From contig JAFUNJ010000009.1 of NCBI GenBank assembly GCA_017482355.1, forward strand, positions 165,229 through 229,228: 64,000 nucleotides of DNA, given 5' to 3'. The stretch is from Clostridia bacterium. Its GTDB lineage: Bacteria > Bacillota > Clostridia > Oscillospirales > CAG-272. A program made the position numbers and the translations under genes. Positions 45,502 through 54,140 of this stretch are shown in pieces (positions within the stretch are counted from its first letter, which is position 1; every line of letters begins with the position of its first letter). The notes under the pieces are model-generated. The model searched no databases. It had not been told where the DNA came from and was given only the letters and a program-made list of their open reading frames with translations.

Positions 45502-46922
45502 TTCGATTCCTTTCCGCAGCAGTCACGCTTTGCCGCGCCGCATTTCTTTTGCGGCTTGTCGTACCGCAGTCGCTTACGTACGAAGGTGCGGAGAAGTGCA
45601 TCGCCGTTGAAGGGAATAAGGGGATAAAGATAGGATCTGCTTCCCGAAACGGTCTTGTTGAGCGCGATGGTTATCGCGGTCAGTATCAGCCCGACGACAA
45701 GCCCCCAGCCGCCGAAAAGCTCGACAGCGAGCAGTAAAAGCATCCTGATAAACTTAAACGCGTATCCAAGCTCGTAGCTCTGCTGAGTGAAGGAGGCGAT
45801 AGCGACTATTGCCATATAAAGGATCGTCTGCGGTGAGAACCAGCCGGCCTCGACGGCGTAATCGCCGAGTATAAGTCCGCCAACGACCGAGAGGGAATTG
45901 TTAAGCATATTCGGGGTGTTGAGCGACGCAAGCTTCAGACCGTCTATCATGAATTCCGCGAGCAGAAGCTGCATGAGAAGCGGCACCGCCGCTTTGTCGT
46001 CTATATCAAGAAAATGCAACCATTCGGGAAGTGACGTTACGTTTTTTACGCAGTAATACCATAGTGGCGTCAGTATCAAAGAAAGCAGGAAGATCGCCAT
46101 TCTTGTAAGGCGCAGATAGGTGCCGATAAGGGGAGGAAGATAAAAGTCGTCTGTCTCCTGCAGATAGTCAAAGATCGACGTCGGAAGTATCATCGCCTGC
46201 GGCGTGTTGTCGCAAACGATTATTACGCTTCCTTCCTCAAGCATCGCGGCGGCGGCATCGGGGCGCTCGGTGTAGCGTACCTTCGGGAATGGGTTGTACC
46301 AGCCGCGGTGTATGAGCGCCTCCGCCAAGCTTTCCTGAGTCATATTTATTGCCTTGACGTTAAGATTTTTCAGCTTTTCAGCCATAGCGGAAACGAATTT
46401 TGCGTCGGCACAGCCGTCAACGTAGCAGAGTGCAACGTCGGTCTTTGCGTTTTTGCCAACCGAAAAACGCTCCATTATCAGATTCGGATCACGAAGCCGA
46501 CGACGGATCATCGCAGTATTAAAAACGAGAGATTCGGTAAATCCGTCGCGCGGACCTCTAAGAACGCGGTCGTTTTCCGGCTCGTTTATTCCGCGAAGGG
46601 GGAATTTTTTAATGTCGGCAACGATTCCGCCCTTGACACCGTCGCAGAGTATGACGCCTCTGCCCGAAAGGACGGCATCGGTCAGCACGTCGGGGTCCTG
46701 GCTTACCGTCACATCATGGCAGGGAAGGGTGAACACCGCGCCATCGCCGCCTCGCGCAAGATGCTCGATAAGCTCCTCGGCAAGCTCGTTGTCGATAAGA
46801 CCCGCAGTCGAAAAGAATGCCGCTTCCTTGCCGTTTAACGTAATTACCCTGCACTGTATATCAAAGCTTTTGCTGAGATTCAGCTTGTTTTTCAGAGTAG
46901 ACAAAAGTTCACTGTATTCCAT
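45498..46922 (-). CDS. spoVAF: Spore germination protein, GerA A-subunit family (SpoVAF-like)
   Basis: 474 aa. A soluble N-terminal half (RGPRDGFTESL, IRRRLRDPNL) is followed by the GerA-type membrane half (TPQAMILPTSIFDYLQETDDFY...). No gerAB/gerAC partners are adjacent, favouring SpoVAF. Confidence 0.75.
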   Translation of the reverse strand: MEYSELLSTLKNKLNLSKSFDIQCRVITLNGKEAAFFSTAGLIDNELAEELIEHLARGGDGAVFTLPCHDVTVSQDPDVLTDAVLSGRGVILCDGVKGGIVADIKKFPLRGINEPENDRVLRGPRDGFTESLVFNTAMIRRRLRDPNLIMERFSVGKNAKTDVALCYVDGCADAKFVSAMAEKLKNLNVKAINMTQESLAEALIHRGWYNPFPKVRYTERPDAAAAMLEEGSVIIVCDNTPQAMILPTSIFDYLQETDDFYLPPLIGTYLRLTRMAIFLLSLILTPLWYYCVKNVTSLPEWLHFLDIDDKAAVPLLMQLLLAEFMIDGLKLASLNTPNMLNNSLSVVGGLILGDYAVEAGWFSPQTILYMAIVAIASFTQQSYELGYAFKFIRMLLLLAVELFGGWGLVVGLILTAITIALNKTVSGSRSYLYPLIPFNGDALLRTFVRKRLRYDKPQKKCGAAKRDCCGKESK

Positions 46923-46978
46923 ATTGCACCTCGTTTAAAGCATTTTTTCCAATAACGAGAAAAATATTCGTATATAAC

Positions 46979-47007
46979 TTGACAAAGCTTTAGTACGGTG
47001 ATATAAT
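46979..47007 (+). promoter_or_regulatory. SigA-type promoter of the T-box/trpB transcript
   Basis: TTGACA (46979-46984), 17-nt spacer, TATAAT (47002-47007). Confidence 0.7.
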
Positions 47008-47014
47008 AAAAAAC

Positions 47015-47300
47015 GTAAACCTGTGATGAAGAGTAGTATCCGCAATATTAATCTCAAAAAGCGAGCCGCAGACGGTGTAAGTGCGGCGGAGGTGCTTGCG
47101 GCGAATGGACTTCGGAGGGCGGCTAATGACCGACGGAAACGTAACCGTTAAATACGTGCATGCTTTTTCGGTATGTTGAGCGGGCGCGAAGCGCCAAGTC
47201 ACGGTGGCACCGCGGATATATGCTTTTGCTTATATTCGTCCTTGACGGAATTATGTTTTCTGTCGGGGCGATTTTTGTTTTCCGGCGGAGAAGGAGAGAG
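47015..47300 (+). promoter_or_regulatory. T-box leader, tryptophan-specific
   Basis: Stem I GA/K-turn motif TGATGA..GAGTAG (47024-47036). Candidate specifier GAA-UGG-A (UGG at 47106-47108). T-box sequence AAGTCACGGTGGCACCGCGG (47196-47215), in which UGGC would pair with the GCCA end of tRNA-Trp (G73 discriminator). Confidence 0.7.
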
Positions 47301-47375
47301 TATGTTTATTTTAGCAAGACGATGGCGGTATTTTTCTTAAAGCTTTACTTTACTAACTTTTAAGGAGAATTTATT

Positions 47376-48593
47376 ATGAAATACGAAAACGTTGATTTTA
47401 ATACTTATTTTAAGACTTACCCCGATAAGAACGGATATTTCGGAAAATACGGCGGCTCATTCATCCAGCCCGAGCTTCAGGCGGCGATGGACGAAATAAC
47501 CGAGGCGTATATGACGATCGCGCAGTCAAGACGCTTTATAGCCGAGCTGCGCCGTATCCGTCGGGAATTTCAGGGCAGACCGACGCCCGTGTCGCATCTT
47601 GAACGACTTTCGGGCAAGCTCGGAAACGTTCAGCTTTACGTAAAGCGAGAGGATTTGAATCATACCGGAGCGCACAAGCTGAATCACTGTATGGGTGAGG
47701 TTCTGCTTGCAAAATATATGGGTAAGAAAAAGGTCATTGCCGAGACGGGAGCGGGTCAGCACGGTGTTGCGCTTGCTACCGCGGCGGCATACTTCGGACT
47801 TGAATGTGATATTTATATGGGCTCCGTTGACATTAAAAAGCAGGCGCCCAACGTAGCAAGAATGAAGATACTCGGCGCAAACGTCGTCGAGGTAACTCAC
47901 GGTCTTCAGACCTTGAAGGAAGCGGTCGACGCGGCGTTCGCGGCGTATTCAAAGGAATACAAGGATGCCATCTACTGCATCGGCTCTGTCGTCGGACCGC
48001 ATCCCTTCCCGATGATGGTGCGCGATTTTCAGAGCGTCGTCGGTGAGGAAGCGCGTGAGCAATTCGTTGAAATGACGGGGCATCTGCCCGATGCGATCGT
48101 TGCTTGCGTTGGCGGCGGCTCTAACGCTGCGGGATTCTTCTCGGGATTCCTTAATGATCCCGTTGATATTTACGGTATCGAGCCGCTCGGACGCGGCGAG
48201 GAGCTCGGTGAGCACGCGGCTTCTCTCAAATACGGTACTGAGGGCGTTATGCACGGCTTCAACAGTATTATGCTCAAGGACGAAAACGGCGATCCCGCAC
48301 CCGTTTATTCGGTCGCAAGCGGTCTTGACTATCCGTCTTCGGGTCCTGAGCATGCGTTCCTCCGTGACATCGGACGCGTCAAGTATGACGTTATAAACGA
48401 CGAGGAGACTATCGACGCATTCTTCGAGCTTTCGCGTATGGAGGGAATCATTCCCGCTATCGAGAGCGCACACGCAGTCGCTTACGGTATGAAGCTCGCA
48501 AAGCAGATGAAGCGCGGATCGGTGCTTATCAACCTTTCGGGCCGCGGCGATAAGGATATGGACTATATTATCGAAAATTACGGAATAAGATAA
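47376..48593 (+). CDS. trpB: Tryptophan synthase beta chain (stand-alone)
   Basis: GYFGKYGG N-terminus, PLP lysine context [25 protein letters not shown] and SGRGDKD motifs. No trpA or other trp genes adjacent. Confidence 0.9.
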   Translation: MKYENVDFNTYFKTYPDKNGYFGKYGGSFIQPELQAAMDEITEAYMTIAQSRRFIAELRRIRREFQGRPTPVSHLERLSGKLGNVQLYVKREDLNHTGAHKLNHCMGEVLLAKYMGKKKVIAETGAGQHGVALATAAAYFGLECDIYMGSVDIKKQAPNVARMKILGANVVEVTHGLQTLKEAVDAAFAAYSKEYKDAIYCIGSVVGPHPFPMMVRDFQSVVGEEAREQFVEMTGHLPDAIVACVGGGSNAAGFFSGFLNDPVDIYGIEPLGRGEELGEHAASLKYGTEGVMHGFNSIMLKDENGDPAPVYSVASGLDYPSSGPEHAFLRDIGRVKYDVINDEETIDAFFELSRMEGIIPAIESAHAVAYGMKLAKQMKRGSVLINLSGRGDKDMDYIIENYGIR

Positions 48594-48621
48594 AAAAACG
48601 CCGCGAAAGCGGCGTTTTTTT
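48594..48621 (+). terminator. Rho-independent terminator
   Basis: AAAAAACGCCGC-GAAA-GCGGCGTTTTTTT. Confidence 0.85.
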
Positions 48622-48724
48622 GTCGGCGGCAGTCGTTTCGCGCTTGACAAGGCGAATTCGGTATGATAAAATGTAACCACAAAGCTATTGCTGAAAAGTA
48701 AAAAACATTCTTTGGAGGATAATT

Positions 48725-49213
48725 ATGTTTTGTAAACAATGCGGCGCACAGCTTGGCGAAGGAACAAAATTTTGCCAGCAATGCGGAACGCCGACAGAAT
48801 CTGTAAATGAGACACCTGCTCAGCAGCCCGCTCAGCCCCAGTACAGTCAGCCGAACTATCAGTTTAATCAGCCACAGCAGAACGGATATGTGAATAATAA
48901 CAACGTTTATTCACAGCCCCTTCCCGGAAAGGGTACGGGAATCCCGTCGCTTATACTCGGCATTCTCTCTTTGGTGATTTTGCCGTTTATATGTTCTTAT
49001 TTTGGCATAATAGTTATGTGTGTGTCGATACTGTTCTCTATTGTCGCCTTGGTGCTGGGAATCGTTTCCAATCACACCGCAAAGCGCGTCGGACGCAGAA
49101 ACGGCATGGCTACTGCCGGAATCGTTTGTTCTTCAATTAGCTTGGGATTGAATCTGGTGCTTGTCATTCTTGTGGTTCTTGCAGCGATGGGATTATTTTA
49201 CTACAGATGGTAA
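48725..49213 (+). CDS. Zinc-ribbon plus Q/N-rich linker plus DUF4190-like membrane domain protein
   Basis: MFCKQCGAQLGEGTKFCQQCG zinc ribbon. QPAQPQYSQPNYQFNQPQQNGY low-complexity linker. Three or four C-terminal TM segments. Confidence 0.65.
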   Translation: MFCKQCGAQLGEGTKFCQQCGTPTESVNETPAQQPAQPQYSQPNYQFNQPQQNGYVNNNNVYSQPLPGKGTGIPSLILGILSLVILPFICSYFGIIVMCVSILFSIVALVLGIVSNHTAKRVGRRNGMATAGIVCSSISLGLNLVLVILVVLAAMGLFYYRW

Positions 49214-49216
49214 TGA

Positions 49217-49250
49217 TAAAAACAGGGAGTTTAAAACTCCCTGTTTTTTT
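49217..49250. terminator. Bidirectional rho-independent terminator
   Basis: AAAAACAGGGAGTT-TAAA-ACTCCCTGTTTTTTT, between convergent genes. Confidence 0.85.
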
Positions 49251-49722
49251 ACAGCCCCGATAAGAATAGCGTTGCAAGTATGAGCAGAGCGTCGACGGGA
49301 ATCTCTCCGTCACGGTCCTTGTCGGTGAATATGAGAAATGCGAGACCGAGGAGGAGCAGATCGTCGCTTCCGAGCCTGCTGAGGTCAATCAGCGGCTTGT
49401 CGGTGCGCGATGATGTCGGAACGGTATCGGGGATCGGTTCGTTTTCGTATCGCTCTCCCTCTCCGTTCTGACCGAGGATGCCGAACGGCGCTTCGGTTTT
49501 GTCGATTATATCGTCGCTTTTCTTATGGTAGCTTTCTTCGCTGTATTGCGGACGGCGCGGCGTTATATCGCGCCCAAACGCAGTCCCTCTGCCGTTTGAC
49601 CGCGTGAGGGCGGTTCTTACAGGCGTCTCCTCCGAAGGCGTCTTCAGCGTTAAGGCAGTGCCGCTGTAATCGGGCGGTAGGGGAGAAGCGTTATTTCTGC
49701 CGGCGTAGCTTCTTGTGTACAT
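49249..49722 (-). CDS. Hypothetical protein (157 aa), C-terminal hydrophobic/acidic segment
   Basis: ORF in an operon-like series with the two upstream small genes. P/S/T-rich, ending DDLLLLGLAFLIFTDKDRDGEIPVDALLILATLFLSGL. No family recognised. Confidence 0.4.
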   Translation of the reverse strand: MYTRSYAGRNNASPLPPDYSGTALTLKTPSEETPVRTALTRSNGRGTAFGRDITPRRPQYSEESYHKKSDDIIDKTEAPFGILGQNGEGERYENEPIPDTVPTSSRTDKPLIDLSRLGSDDLLLLGLAFLIFTDKDRDGEIPVDALLILATLFLSGL

Positions 49723-49736
49723 TATATCCCTCGCTT

Positions 49737-50045
49737 TCAGAGGTTTCCGAGCATTTTGCTCAGATCGGTAAACTTCATCATTTTGAGCATTTTTATCATG
49801 CTGTCGGCGCTTTTTCGCCGTTCGGGCGACAGATACGGCCGTATCGCCGAAATGAGCGCAATGCGCTCCTCGTTGCCTTTTGTCAGGATGCTCGGCTTTG
49901 CATCAACCTCGATTTTGGGCGCCTCATCCTGCGGCGACGGCTTTTCGTTTCTGCCCGTCAGACCCTGCGCAACGCTCATAAGCTTCGACATCGTCTCGGG
50001 GTCCGACATAACGTTTTTCAGCATTTCGGAAATATTTTCGTCCAT
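49737..50045 (-). CDS. Hypothetical small helical protein (102 aa)
   Basis: ORF with 13-14 nt spacing to its neighbours. No family recognised. Confidence 0.4.
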   Translation of the reverse strand: MDENISEMLKNVMSDPETMSKLMSVAQGLTGRNEKPSPQDEAPKIEVDAKPSILTKGNEERIALISAIRPYLSPERRKSADSMIKMLKMMKFTDLSKMLGNL

Positions 50046-50058
50046 GTTGGCTCCTTTC

Positions 50059-50301
50059 TTAAAGCCCGAGCGTCTTTTTCAGCTCTTCGGCTTTTTCGGG
50101 CGGAACCTTTGACACGAATGTCTGCATTTCGCTTTTCGACATTTTGTTGATCTTCCGCTTAATGAAGCCGGCGTTGTTCACCGCCATGCGCTTTTGTGAC
50201 TGTGACGCGCCGAGTGCATCTGCGATCTGACCGATCGCTTTTTTCAGCTCTGCGTCGTTCATTGCGGTAATTTTGTTTATCATTTCTTGGCTGATTTCCA
50301 T
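50059..50301 (-). CDS. Hypothetical small helical protein (80 aa)
   Basis: First gene of the three-gene minus-strand series. No family recognised. Confidence 0.4.
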   Translation of the reverse strand: MEISQEMINKITAMNDAELKKAIGQIADALGASQSQKRMAVNNAGFIKRKINKMSKSEMQTFVSKVPPEKAEELKKTLGL

Positions 50302-50385
50302 ATGGCACCTTCCTTAATTTACAAAAAACTGTGGTAATCACTTTCATTCTATGCTATAATCAAGTTAGCGTTACTTGGAGGGATT

Positions 50386-50874
50386 ATGAAGATACTTGTT
50401 TTTTCAGACAGTCACGGTAAGTATGAGAGAATGGCGGAGGTTTTTTCACGCGATAAATACGACGTTGTGCTTTTCCTCGGCGACGGACTCTCAGACTTCG
50501 ACCGTTTACAAAAAAGCAATATGACAAGCGCGAGAATGATAGCGGTCAAGGGAAACTGTGACCTCTTCGACGGCACGCCCGACGAGCGGATAATTGATCT
50601 TGACGGCTTTCGCGTGCTGATGCTTCACGGACATAAAAAGAACGTAAAAAACGGTACGTCGATCCTCGAATATTACGCGAGAGAAAAGGAGGTCGACCTC
50701 GTTCTCTACGGTCACACGCACAGCCGCGACATAAGGCGCATTGACGGCGAAAAGCCGTTTTATATCTTCAATCCCGGAAGCATAGGCGCATCGGGATACC
50801 TGAATCCATCTTTTGGATATATTGAGACGGTAAAGGGGCAGATCGTTCTTAACGTTACCGACTACAGGAGTTAA
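50386..50874 (+). CDS. Metallophosphoesterase, YfcE/MJ0936 family
   Basis: MKILVFSDSHG, LGDG, KGNCD, LHGH and YGHTH are the five calcineurin-like phosphoesterase motifs. Confidence 0.85.
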   Translation: MKILVFSDSHGKYERMAEVFSRDKYDVVLFLGDGLSDFDRLQKSNMTSARMIAVKGNCDLFDGTPDERIIDLDGFRVLMLHGHKKNVKNGTSILEYYAREKEVDLVLYGHTHSRDIRRIDGEKPFYIFNPGSIGASGYLNPSFGYIETVKGQIVLNVTDYRS

Positions 50875-50875
50875 T

Positions 50876-51376
50876 ATGAAATACGTAAGTTTAAGTAAAA
50901 ATAAATACGCGGCTCTGTTTGCTACTCTTTTCAGCGCCCTCACCATTGTCTTTATTTTCCTTTCAACACTCGGTTTATTGTTCAGAGGTATATTCGAGGC
51001 ATTGGCGCTTGCAAGCGCCGTCGCGGTCATACAGATAGTTCAAAGATACCTTATGACTTATTACGAGTATATTCTCGATCCGTCGGACGAGCTTCTCACG
51101 TATAACCGTCTTACGGTTATTCAGGTGACGGGCAAAAGGCGAACTTCGATTTATACCGTTCCGCTTGCGACTCTTACCGAGGCAATCCCTTACAAGAAGA
51201 TGAAGACCGTCGAGAAGGAATACGGCAAGATCGGTAAGAAAATGTCGTTTTGCACCGATATGTTCCCGAAGGAAAGCTGCCTTCTCATCTTCGAGGACGG
51301 AAACGAGCTGACACTTTTGCGTCTGCAGTGCGGGACTGAATTTCTGTCGGAGATAGAGAAACGCAAGGGCGTTTGA
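50876..51376 (+). CDS. Hypothetical membrane protein (166 aa, two N-terminal TM segments)
   Basis: ORF abutting the upstream gene. No family recognised. Confidence 0.4.
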   Translation: MKYVSLSKNKYAALFATLFSALTIVFIFLSTLGLLFRGIFEALALASAVAVIQIVQRYLMTYYEYILDPSDELLTYNRLTVIQVTGKRRTSIYTVPLATLTEAIPYKKMKTVEKEYGKIGKKMSFCTDMFPKESCLLIFEDGNELTLLRLQCGTEFLSEIEKRKGV

Positions 51377-51467
51377 CAAAATTGTCGGTTTTTGTAAGAA
51401 AACTATTGTAAAAGCACCTTATATTATGATATAATATAAGATACGAAAATTTTGCTCGGAGGATATT

Positions 51468-51956
51468 ATGGAAAGAGTTTCGAAAATAAACTACTATCTT
51501 GACATCGCAGAGACAGTTGCAAAGCGAAGCACCTGCCTTCGCAAGCACTACGGAGCTATTATAGTAAAAAATGACTGCATCGTTTCGACGGGCTATAACG
51601 GCTCGCCGAGAGGAAGAAAGAATTGCTCCGATATACAGTTCTGTATGCGAGATAAGCTCAATATCCCGAGAGGCGAAAGATACGAAATGTGCCGCTCAAT
51701 TCACGCTGAGGCGAACGCAATTATTTCCGCATCGCGTGAGGAGATGATCGGATCAACGCTCTATATGGCTTGTATCGACGCAAAGACGGGCGAGCTCGCG
51801 TCGGGAACGTCGAGCTGTGCAATGTGTAAGCGTCAGGTCATAAATGCGGGAATTGAAAAGGTCGTTATTCGTGATACCGAGGATACATACCGTATTATTG
51901 AGGTTGCAGACTGGGTAACAAACGATGACAGCTTGACGGGACAGTTCGGATATTAA
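51468..51956 (+). CDS. comEB: Deoxycytidylate (dCMP) deaminase, ComEB-type
   Basis: Zinc-binding HAEANAI and SSCAMCKRQVINAGI (PCxxC-like) motifs of the cytidine/deoxycytidylate deaminase family. Confidence 0.85.
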   Translation: MERVSKINYYLDIAETVAKRSTCLRKHYGAIIVKNDCIVSTGYNGSPRGRKNCSDIQFCMRDKLNIPRGERYEMCRSIHAEANAIISASREEMIGSTLYMACIDAKTGELASGTSSCAMCKRQVINAGIEKVVIRDTEDTYRIIEVADWVTNDDSLTGQFGY

Positions 51957-51965
51957 GAGGGAAAA

Positions 51966-52685
51966 ATGGGCAAAGAGAAAAATACGCTGAAAAAGATGGC
52001 GGAAAAGAAAATAAGGGCAGACAGAAAAAGACGGGAGAAAAACACCGTCATTTTCGTCGTTTGCGGACTTATGCTTTTCTTTGCCGTCATAGCGATATTT
52101 CCTGCCATAAGAAATGAGCGTACCTTCATATACGACGAGGGCGCGTATATAGATCCGAGTAACGGTAAGACCTATTGTCCTGCCGATATGTCGGCATATC
52201 TGATAAAGACTGAGTTTTACGAAGATAACCTTTACGGTACGATGAGGGGCGATAAGGTCTATACTATCCCGGGCGTAAAGGATAAAAGCTGGCTCGTTCG
52301 GCACATTGGCGACGATCTTTACGAGCTTTATTATGATGAAAACGTGCTTCTTCCGAGTATTTCGGAGTTTGAATCGAGCGAAATGTACCTCTTTGTAGAC
52401 GAGCCGGTTATTCTTTACCGCGAGGAAATTAAGGATAAGACCGAGCTTGATGATATCGTTTCTACCCTTGTAAACGGCGAAAAAACGGAGGATCCCGGTG
52501 AGTTTATCGAAACGTATTCGATCCGCTTCGTCTCGGAAAAATACGGTCACATGTATTTCTGCTTCGAGTACGTTATAGCCGATAACGGAAGCTATTTCTA
52601 CGATCACCTGTCGTTTTCATATATCGAGGCAAACGGGATGCTCGACGGTTACGTTGAATCCTTGAAGGAGCAGCGCGGTGAATGA
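51966..52685 (+). CDS. Hypothetical protein with N-terminal TM anchor (239 aa)
   Basis: Basic N-terminus followed by TM VIFVVCGLMLFFAVIAIFPAI. No family recognised. Confidence 0.4.
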   Translation: MGKEKNTLKKMAEKKIRADRKRREKNTVIFVVCGLMLFFAVIAIFPAIRNERTFIYDEGAYIDPSNGKTYCPADMSAYLIKTEFYEDNLYGTMRGDKVYTIPGVKDKSWLVRHIGDDLYELYYDENVLLPSISEFESSEMYLFVDEPVILYREEIKDKTELDDIVSTLVNGEKTEDPGEFIETYSIRFVSEKYGHMYFCFEYVIADNGSYFYDHLSFSYIEANGMLDGYVESLKEQRGE

Positions 52686-53121
52686 GCTTGATCTGAGAAC
52701 GCTCAGTAAAAGCGACGCGCCGATGCTCGCGCTTCTTGAAAAAGAATGCTTTTCATGCCCGTGGAGCGAGGATAGCTTTTATGAGTGCCTAAGTAACGAA
52801 AGATTTTGCTTTGTCGGGCTGTTTGAAGACGGCGAGCTTGTCGGCTACGGCGGACTGGTTACCGTGCTTGACGAGGGTGACGTTGCGAATATCGCGGTCA
52901 GGACCGATAAACGTGGACGCGGACTCGGAAAAACGCTTCTGAGTGCATTATGCGAGGAGGCGGAAAGGCGCGGTGTCACTTATCTTCACCTTGAAGTAAG
53001 AGAAAGCAACGCCCCTGCGCGTCGCCTTTACGAAAGCTTCGGATTTCAGATCGACGGAATAAGAAAAAATTACTATACGAAGCCGCAGGAAAATGCGGTG
53101 CTTATGACTAAAAAGCTATGA
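52678..53121 (+). CDS. rimI: Ribosomal-protein-alanine N-acetyltransferase
   Basis: GTG start. GNAT motif A (IAVRTDKRGRGLGKTLL) and position immediately upstream of tsaD, as in Firmicute rimI-tsaD operons. Confidence 0.8.
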   Translation: MNELDLRTLSKSDAPMLALLEKECFSCPWSEDSFYECLSNERFCFVGLFEDGELVGYGGLVTVLDEGDVANIAVRTDKRGRGLGKTLLSALCEEAERRGVTYLHLEVRESNAPARRLYESFGFQIDGIRKNYYTKPQENAVLMTKKL

Positions 53122-54122
53122 AGATTTTATCAATTGAAAGCTCCTGCGACGAGACCTCGGCGGCGATAGTCGAGATGGGAGAGGAAAGGAAGATACTTTC
53201 CAATATCGTCGCTTCACAAATAGAAACGCACGCCCTTTACGGTGGCGTCGTTCCCGAGATCGCAAGCCGTGCGCATAGCGAGGTCATCTCAAAGATAACC
53301 TACGAGGCGCTCGAAACGGCGGGTGTTACGCTTGATGATATAGATGCTATCGGTGTAACGAACCGTCCGGGGCTTATCGGTGCGCTTCTTGTTGGCGTGA
53401 ATTTTGCAAAATCGCTTGCGTTATCAAGAAATATACCGCTTGTCCTCGTGCACCACATAAGAGGGCATATAGCGGCGAATTACCTCGTTCATCCCGACCT
53501 TGAGCCGCCATTCCTTGCGCTCGTCGTTTCGGGCGGACACACCTCGCTTATAGAGGTCACCGATTACACGCATTTTGAGACCGTCGGAAGAACTAAGGAT
53601 GACGCGATGGGTGAATCCTTTGACAAGGTCGCGCGCGTTATGGGAATACCTTATCCCGGCGGCGCGGAAATGGATCGCCTCGCTTCGCTCGGCGATAAAA
53701 AGGCGTTCAAGCTGCCGTCGGCGGCACTGAACGACGGGAGCTTGGACTTCTCGTTCAGCGGTCTGAAAACTCACATAATAAACATTCTTCACAATATGGA
53801 GCAAAAGGGGATCCCTTATCCGAAGGAGGATATTGCCGCTTCCTTTACCGAAACGGTGCTGAATAGCGTTGAAAAGAAGCTCAAAATGGCGATCGAACGC
53901 TATCCGCATACCTCGCTCGTTCTTGCGGGCGGAGTATCTGCAAACTCGCACTTACGCTCCTTTATGGAAGAATTTGCGTTCAAAAACGGAATGAAGTTTT
54001 ACGTTCCGCCGCGCTCGCTCTGCGGAGACAATGCCGCAATGATCGGTGCGCAGGCGTACTATGAATTTATAAACGGAAATACCGCCTCAAGCTCGCTCAA
54101 CGCGTACGCAACAGGCGAATAA
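53118..54122 (+). CDS. tsaD: tRNA N6-adenosine threonylcarbamoyltransferase
   Basis: ILSIESSCDETSAAIV, HHIRGHI, VSGGHT and GGVSANSHLR are Kae1/TsaD family motifs. Confidence 0.9.
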   Translation: MKILSIESSCDETSAAIVEMGEERKILSNIVASQIETHALYGGVVPEIASRAHSEVISKITYEALETAGVTLDDIDAIGVTNRPGLIGALLVGVNFAKSLALSRNIPLVLVHHIRGHIAANYLVHPDLEPPFLALVVSGGHTSLIEVTDYTHFETVGRTKDDAMGESFDKVARVMGIPYPGGAEMDRLASLGDKKAFKLPSAALNDGSLDFSFSGLKTHIINILHNMEQKGIPYPKEDIAASFTETVLNSVEKKLKMAIERYPHTSLVLAGGVSANSHLRSFMEEFAFKNGMKFYVPPRSLCGDNAAMIGAQAYYEFINGNTASSSLNAYATGE

Positions 54123-54140
54123 TTTTAGGAGATTAATACC

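Noticed and set aside
47160-47363. A 67-aa ORF between spoVAF and trpB.
   Set aside because: It overlaps the T-box motif and the expression platform of the Trp T-box leader. There is no RBS.
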